Shown here piece by piece: positions 58,181-64,000 of a stretch of 64,000 bases of DNA. This DNA comes from Gekko japonicus (Eukaryota). Under the pieces are notes generated by a model. It ran no database searches. It was not told the origin of the DNA and was given only the letters and a program-made list of their open reading frames with translations. Every line of letters starts with the position of its first letter. The first letter of the stretch is position 1. The stretch lies in the NCBI RefSeq assembly GCF_001447785.1, contig NW_015170304.1:438702-502701 (forward strand), given 5' to 3'. A program made the position numbers and the translations under genes.

Positions 58181-58410
58181 GTGCGGTGTAGTTGTTAGAG
58201 GTTCAGACTAGGGTCTGGGAGATTCAGGTTTGCATCAACACTCTTCCATGGAAGCTCACTGGGTGAACTTGGGCCAGTTACACATTCTCAGCTTAACTCA
58301 CCTCACAGGGTTGTTTTGGGGATAAAATGGAGGAGGAAAATGATTTAAGCTCTTTTGGGTCTCCATTGCAGAGAAAGATCAGGCATATATGAAGCAAATA
58401 AATAATAAAT
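58181..58410 (+). mobile_element. older tRNA-derived SINE related to the Squam3-like family
   Basis: GGTGTAGTTGTTAGAG head, CCTCACAGGGTTGTT core, (TAAA) tail; paralogue at 60940-61168. Confidence 0.7.
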
Positions 58411-59106
58411 ACAACTGAAGGTGGGAATAATAGGTTGGTTGGCAGGTGGGAAGGAGAGAAGGAAGCAGGGAAAGGTGAGGAGGGGGTTGCCAGAAGGAGG
58501 GAAAGAAGAAACACTGCAGAAAGGGGCTACTGGGGAAAGAGGAAATTTATGTCATTAACTCACTCTATCATTTGTTAGATCTGAGCTTTATTCTACTTTG
58601 CTGTTGTTGACTGGGCATCTTACTCCCACTCTGGGTAAACTGACTGCCCTTTTGATTATATATGGTTTTACACCAGCCTCTCTTTGTCTCTTTGTAACAC
58701 TCCTCCCCATTTCTGCTGGGTATTTAACGAGGCCAAATGGATGTGACACTCTTCTATATCTGACTCATTAAAGCCTATGGTGAAATAAATTTTAAGGTGC
58801 TGTCAGATTCCTGTGTGATCTTCCTGCTGGCATTTTAAAGGAACACATTAGATCTGCCATAACTTTCTTATTGCTCTCTAGGAGTTCTTTTCCCCAGCCC
58901 CCTTGCACCGACAGGCTTTAAAATAGATCTGGTGATAACATCAAACATGTATAAAAGCTTCTGAGTCAAGCTTGCTGGTCTAGGTGACAAAGAAGAGCTG
59001 GCTCTGACACCTGAATCCTGCCTCAACTGATGAATATTACCATCTTGGTTCACAGAGAAAGAGTATTTGTTATACAAAAACGAGTGGGGTGAACCAACAG
59101 ATTCTC

Positions 59107-59189
59107 CTCATGCAGCAGCGCTCATGTAAGCTCTCCAGAACAGGTTTTTGTCTTGAATTATAGATCATCAAAATATTCCACAGGAAGAT
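59107..59189 (+). repeat. 83-bp perfect direct repeat, copy 1
   Basis: Identical to 60225-60307. Confidence 0.95.
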
Positions 59190-60228
59190 TGTGTGTGTGT
59201 GTGTGTGTGTGTGTATAGAAATATGGATTTCTAAAAAACCCCTGCCTTCCCCTGGAATGCCTCTTGCTGATACCCTGCTGTGTTGATTTTCCATTGAAGC
59301 CATATGGCCTCAACAGGCCTGCCATATAACCCTACATTCTTCACACTTCAGTGCTGGCAGAGAACAGATGGCCTAGCAAACAGGCAAAAACACACGTACG
59401 CCATGGGGTGGTTGGAATTTGGGGACCACATGACTGCAGGTGTGGCCTTCAAGACTACTGACCATTCAGAAGTTGTACCCATGGCAACCCAACACTGGAC
59501 ACTCCCATGTCGACTCCAATTGGCCCCTGGCCAGGGGTAATCTGGGGACTGGAATTGCCCTATATCTGGTCAAACCCTATGGAGAGAACTCTCTCTCTCT
59601 TCTGTTCCTGCTATCTCTGCTGCTCTGTGAACTTACCCCTGAAATGCTCTTGTCCTGCCATGTGGTCTGTGGGAGAACAAAGGATCCCCTTGTGCCTTAC
59701 AGCACATGAAGGCAAGGAAGGGATGTTCCTCCTCAAACCCCCCTGGGGGTACCTGGATTATTCCAATGGACAATATTGAACTCTTGGATGCTACCCTGAT
59801 GTTGGTAAATATGCTTCTTACTGTTTACTTAAGGCAAAACTTGCCTAGGCTTGTTAGTTTGAAATCCTTATTAGTCTGTGCTAAGTACTATACTGAATAA
59901 ACTTATTCTGGTTTTCTAATTTGTCTGTACTGTGGTAACTGGACTTCAAGCCTTTTTCCTGTGCCTGCTGCTCGCCAAATGGCGCTACCTTAGTAAGATT
60001 AACTGCACAGCTCTGGATTGAGCTGCTAATGTGTTAAGTCCCAGAGGCCAGTTAAGAGACTGAACCTTGCTCTTGGGCTGGAAAGGGACCCTAGTTAAAA
60101 AAGGTTCTGGTGGCTATTGTCTTGAAATCCAGAGAGCCTACATCTCTGGGTGATTGAGTAATGTATTGAGCCAGTGTAGAGTTCTTCCCCTCATCCCTGG
60201 ACTGGCCTGGGGGGGGGGCAGAATCTCA
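59190..60228 (+). mobile_element. LTR-like insert (about 1 kb) between the 83-bp repeats
   Basis: Starts TG(TG)n, could end ...GAATCTCA; TATA-like motif near 59560, AATAAA 59896-59901; no coding homology seen. Confidence 0.5.
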
Positions 60229-60307
60229 TGCAGCAGCGCTCATGTAAGCTCTCCAGAACAGGTTTTTGTCTTGAATTATAGATCATCAAAATATTCCACA
60301 GGAAGAT
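60225..60307 (+). repeat. 83-bp perfect direct repeat, copy 2
   Basis: Identical to 59107-59189. Confidence 0.95.
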
Positions 60308-60939
60308 GGGAGGGGCGGGAGAGAATGGGACCTTCTGAACAGTACCCACCATCAAACGGTCAGACATCTCCAGAAACCTAATTCAGCCCTCTAGGTCAGC
60401 ATTTATGCAAACAAAACCCTTCATCACAAAACCTGACAAAGTTATAACAAGGAACAGTTGGTAAGCAGGGTATAGCATGATGGCAAGCATGAAGCATGTC
60501 CCCAGGGCCCTCATGAAGCTACAATGCTGTGTTTTAAAAAAAACACTGAAGGTTTAGTTGTAGAATGCTCAGATGGGGAAACTAAGGCTCAGTTCAGCCA
60601 AGTGCTCATCGCATAGTCAAACCATTCCACTTCTGGTTGAGAAATTGTTTTGATTGAATGACCTGCTATCCCCACCTCCTGTATTTAGATAATTTCCTAT
60701 GGGGAAGAAAAGGCCCTGCATACTGAATACTAGGATTCTTAGAGAAAAGCCTAGGCTAGACAAGTAAGCCTAGAGTTGATACCAAAAGAATTAGGAACTG
60801 CCTGGTCTTTAGAATATTTGTGACATGCAACATGAGCACCAATGGCTTTTGGTCTCCCACCAATTCCCCCCCACATTTTTAGTGCAGATTACACAGCATT
60901 TTTACAAGTCTTCTGGACTCTCAACTATATAAAGAAGTG

Positions 60940-61168
60940 AGAGCCAGTGTGATGTAGCGGTTAAGAGTGTCAGGATCTTAGAGACCCAGGTTCAGTGTGA
61001 ATCCCCACTCTGCCATGGTGACCTTGGGCCAGTAATATGTTTTCAAACTAACTTACTGCACAGGGTTGTTGTGCAGATAAAATGGAGGAGAGAAGAATGA
61101 TGTAAGCCACATTGGGTGCCCACTGGGGAGAAAGCCGGGGTATAAATGAATTAGATAAATAATAAATA
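60940..61168 (+). mobile_element. older tRNA-derived SINE
   Basis: GAGAGCCAGTGTGATGTAGCGGTTAAGAG head, CACAGGGTTGTTGTG core, GGGGTATAAATGAA tail. Confidence 0.75.
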
Positions 61169-61479
61169 CCACTGACACAGCAAGACTCTAGTTCTCATGG
61201 CTGAAGTTGCAAGCGGGGACTAAACTGCCCCTTACCCATGTTTCCACTCTCTCCTCCAAGCAACCTTCTAAAGTGGATTAGCTGTGAATGAGAGTTCTCT
61301 ATTGATCTTAGACATTCATCGAGCGGCAGACACTTAAACGCTGGAGGACATACGTTAGAAGAATTCACTTACTATTTAAATTTGTGCAGTGGCCATTATA
61401 TACAGCTATTACTCTTTGCTAGAGTTTATTCTCTGATTTCAATTAAAATGGAAATACTGAAATTCAAGACTTCCCTTAC

Positions 61480-61701
61480 TTTCAGAAAGTGCTTGAAACT
61501 ATATGAGGAGGTTTTCTCGTATCCGTCGCCATGGTCCTCTCTCTTCTTGCAGAACACCAGGGCCTTCTCATACAGAAAGAGATGCCTTTGCATTGGTTTG
61601 AACCTGGCCAAGTCCTTCATCTTTGTCGGGCCCTTCCGGTGCCCCATCCACACACTGAAAGATCCTTGCATCAGTACTTTCCCAAGTTCACTGAGGTCTC
61701 C
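61480..61701 (-). CDS. MCF2: MCF2 PH domain N-terminal exon
   Basis: GDLSELGKVLMQGSFSVWMGHRKGPTKMKDLARFKPMQRHLFLYEKALVFCKKR; TKMKDLARFKPMQRHLFLYEKA is as in Dbl; 222 bp. Confidence 0.97.
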
Positions 61702-62247
61702 CTGTGGGTCATACACACAACAAAAAAGCAATATACATGGCAGCACAGGAAAAAAAAAACCCACGAGGTTGTTGTGAAGTTAACATGGGATGGGAAAATA
61801 TACATTTTACTGAGCTCCTTTGAAAAAAGGGGAGGAGAAAAATCATTGTCATAAGGATGTTCTTGAAAGGTCTCCATGAGGGCAACTGTTCCCCTGATAC
61901 TTCTCAGTTCCCTGGATCAGGCCCTGCATGCACAGCTGTCAGTCAAGTCATAAGAACTGTCCTGCTGCATTACAGCAAAAGTCCACTGAGCTCAATATTT
62001 GACTTCCCAGAGTGGTGCGGACAGCTAGATGCCTCTGGAAAAGTTGACAAACAAGGACTTCAAGGCCTCCCTTCACTTGCTCCAAAAAATCTAGGACTCA
62101 GGGATATGAATGGGGAGGTCCCATTTAGTTAGCACAGCTAACAGCTCTTTGCAGAACTCAACCCTCCCCAATGCATCAGGGTGTGTTTCTGCCTACCATT
62201 CTATTTCCAGTTATGGCGTTTACCTTCCACCCCCAGTAGCTACTTAC

Positions 62248-62373
62248 ATCATAGCCAGTTATTGAAATCTGATGCATGGAGTCATTGACAGATTTCAGCA
62301 GATCCAGCATTGCAACCAAAGCCTCTTGGAGCTCTTGAACACCTTCACAACTTGTACGGTATTTTAGCAGTTC
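62248..62373 (-). CDS. MCF2: MCF2 DH domain C-terminal exon
   Basis: ELLKYRTSCEGVQELQEALVAMLDLLKSVNDSMHQISITGYD; AMLDLLKSVNDSMHQI is as in Dbl; 126 bp. Confidence 0.97.
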
Positions 62374-62783
62374 CTGCAAATCAACAGTTTTTACATTAAA
62401 GGCTGATTCACAGGCACAGCTGATACTTTGGGCTGGTGCACTCATACATGCTCACCAGCTGCTGAATGTAACATTGAGCAATGGGTTGCACATGCGAACA
62501 GGCCAAACTGTTATAGAGGGATGTTTCTATCCTGTACTTTTTAAAAATACAAAAAAAATGGACTTCTACATGCTTTCAACAAAGGAAGAGCTGGGTAGAG
62601 GAGGCATTTAATCATTTCTTTCTGTGCAGCTTTCCTGAGCAAATTCACCTCCTCCATTGCTGCTGGCTACCCAACTCGAGCAACATCCCCGTGATGCACT
62701 GTACTTTCCTCACCATGGTGCAAGCAGCACATCTGAATATATGAAGTTGCCTTATACTGAATATAAGATGCTGGAATCAGTAC

Positions 62784-62876
62784 CTTCAGAAGCAACTGAT
62801 ACTTTGTCAACCGCTGCACTGGTTTGAGCAAGTAGGAATCCAAACTGAGTTTGTGTTCCAGTTTTTTTTGGCATTC
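62784..62876 (-). CDS. MCF2: MCF2 DH domain exon (ECQKKLEHKLSLDSYLLKPVQRLTKYQLLLK); gene continues beyond the window
   Basis: DH CR3 motif LLKPVQR.TKYQLLL; donor GT present; expected acceptor reads GG (see findings). Confidence 0.9.
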
Positions 62877-64000
62877 CCACAACAGAACTTTGAACAACAC
62901 ATACCAAAGGAATGGTTTAAACATATTCCACTTACACTGCCAAAAGAGCACCTATAAGCATATGAGCCTCTAGGAAGAAATTAGTTATCTGTCTTTCTTT
63001 GAATCTTCAAGGCTGCAATTAGATAACGGACTTTACCAGACAACAAATATATTAAATGATAAACATGAACATACAGGGAAGTGTGATATTAATGGAGAAA
63101 TAAAAATTGATCTTATTGAGGAATATACATCACAACCAAGTAAGACATGAATAAATGATTCTGTCTCTGCATTTCTGCATGGACAGGGTCTCTGTTCAAT
63201 ATGACTACTTGAGAATCTACCAAAAAATTGTTAAGGGGTAGAATATTGTGTTGAGCCAAGAAAAATAGTCTTCGATAAATTAGAATTCTTAACAATTTCA
63301 GATAATCTGGAAGCACTGGAAAAGAAGGGGTACTCAATCCCCCAAAAGAGGGTAAACGTTTCCTTTTTGAATCACTGCATAACCCTTTGTTCTAGGCTAA
63401 TAATTATCTTGTTTAGAACTAAATAAAGATCTGTAGGAAAAACTAGGATAAGGAATGCACAGATATGAGAGCCTTTTGTCTACTAACTTTGTCCAGGAGG
63501 ACACAAAAGGATCAAGTTTGGTCCATTTTAGAAGGTCAGGAAGAAAATCCAGGTCTAGCAAATAAAATCAAAATTTCACCATGGCCTTCCAGACCATCAA
63601 AGAGATGGAAATAAGGCCAGCTTCTATATACAAGCTGGAGTGTGAAATTTAATTAGGTGCTTGAAAGATGACGTGGAGAAATACTGACTGTAAAGATTCA
63701 ATTTTGGAAGTAAAGAGCTGGAAATCAAACTGGAGCTCCATAGAGCAGAGAGAATCTAATTTTTGCTTTGTAAGCTTCCAGAGCAAAAGGTACAAATTAC
63801 CCCCCAGAATGATAAAAAATTCTCATGATTGCTCCTAGATAAGCGTAATGAAATTTCCAGTTATTAAAAGAGGAAAAATAAATACTTGAAATTAGATACG
63901 TGCTCAAATGCCCATCCAGGACTCATGAGTCTGCTTTTTTCCGTGTTGGGTACTTCTGGAAAAAACTATTTTAGATTTGGTATAAGTTATAGAGAACAGA

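Noticed and set aside
45173-62876. Identification as MCF2L (Dbs) because of the SH3
   Set aside because: AMLDLLKSVNDSMHQI, TKMKDLARF, LFLYEKA and WSSN.YF are Dbl-type, and the neighbour is F9 rather than F7/F10.

Overview
Vertebrate genomic DNA, most likely a gecko-type squamate: it carries Sauria-like SINEs, tRNA-head Squam3-like SINEs and abundant hAT MITEs. There are two assembly gaps (470-842, 18397-18531). Positions 1-26 kb are intergenic and repeat-rich, including a 5.9-kb nested transposon stack at 3488-9378. A complete 8-exon coagulation factor IX gene (F9, + strand) has its CDS from 26100 to 42607, 1362 nt, 453 aa. All F9 splice sites are canonical, and a liver-type HNF4/ONECUT/C-EBP-like promoter lies upstream. 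The 3' part of MCF2/Dbl lies convergently on the - strand (11 coding exons, 62876 down to 45173: DH end, PH, linker and a C-terminal SH3 domain). Most notable observations: (1) a non-autonomous Helitron family, supported by empty-site reconstruction; (2) natural substitutions at several FIXa latency positions; (3) an SH3-bearing MCF2, a missing AG acceptor and a candidate poison exon; (4) a hAT MITE whose TSD duplicates a candidate F9 branch point; (5) an 83-bp perfect duplication around an LTR-like insert. No prokaryote-type system is present, and most short ORFs in the track are noise. Repeat family names come from recognition only and were not checked against a database.
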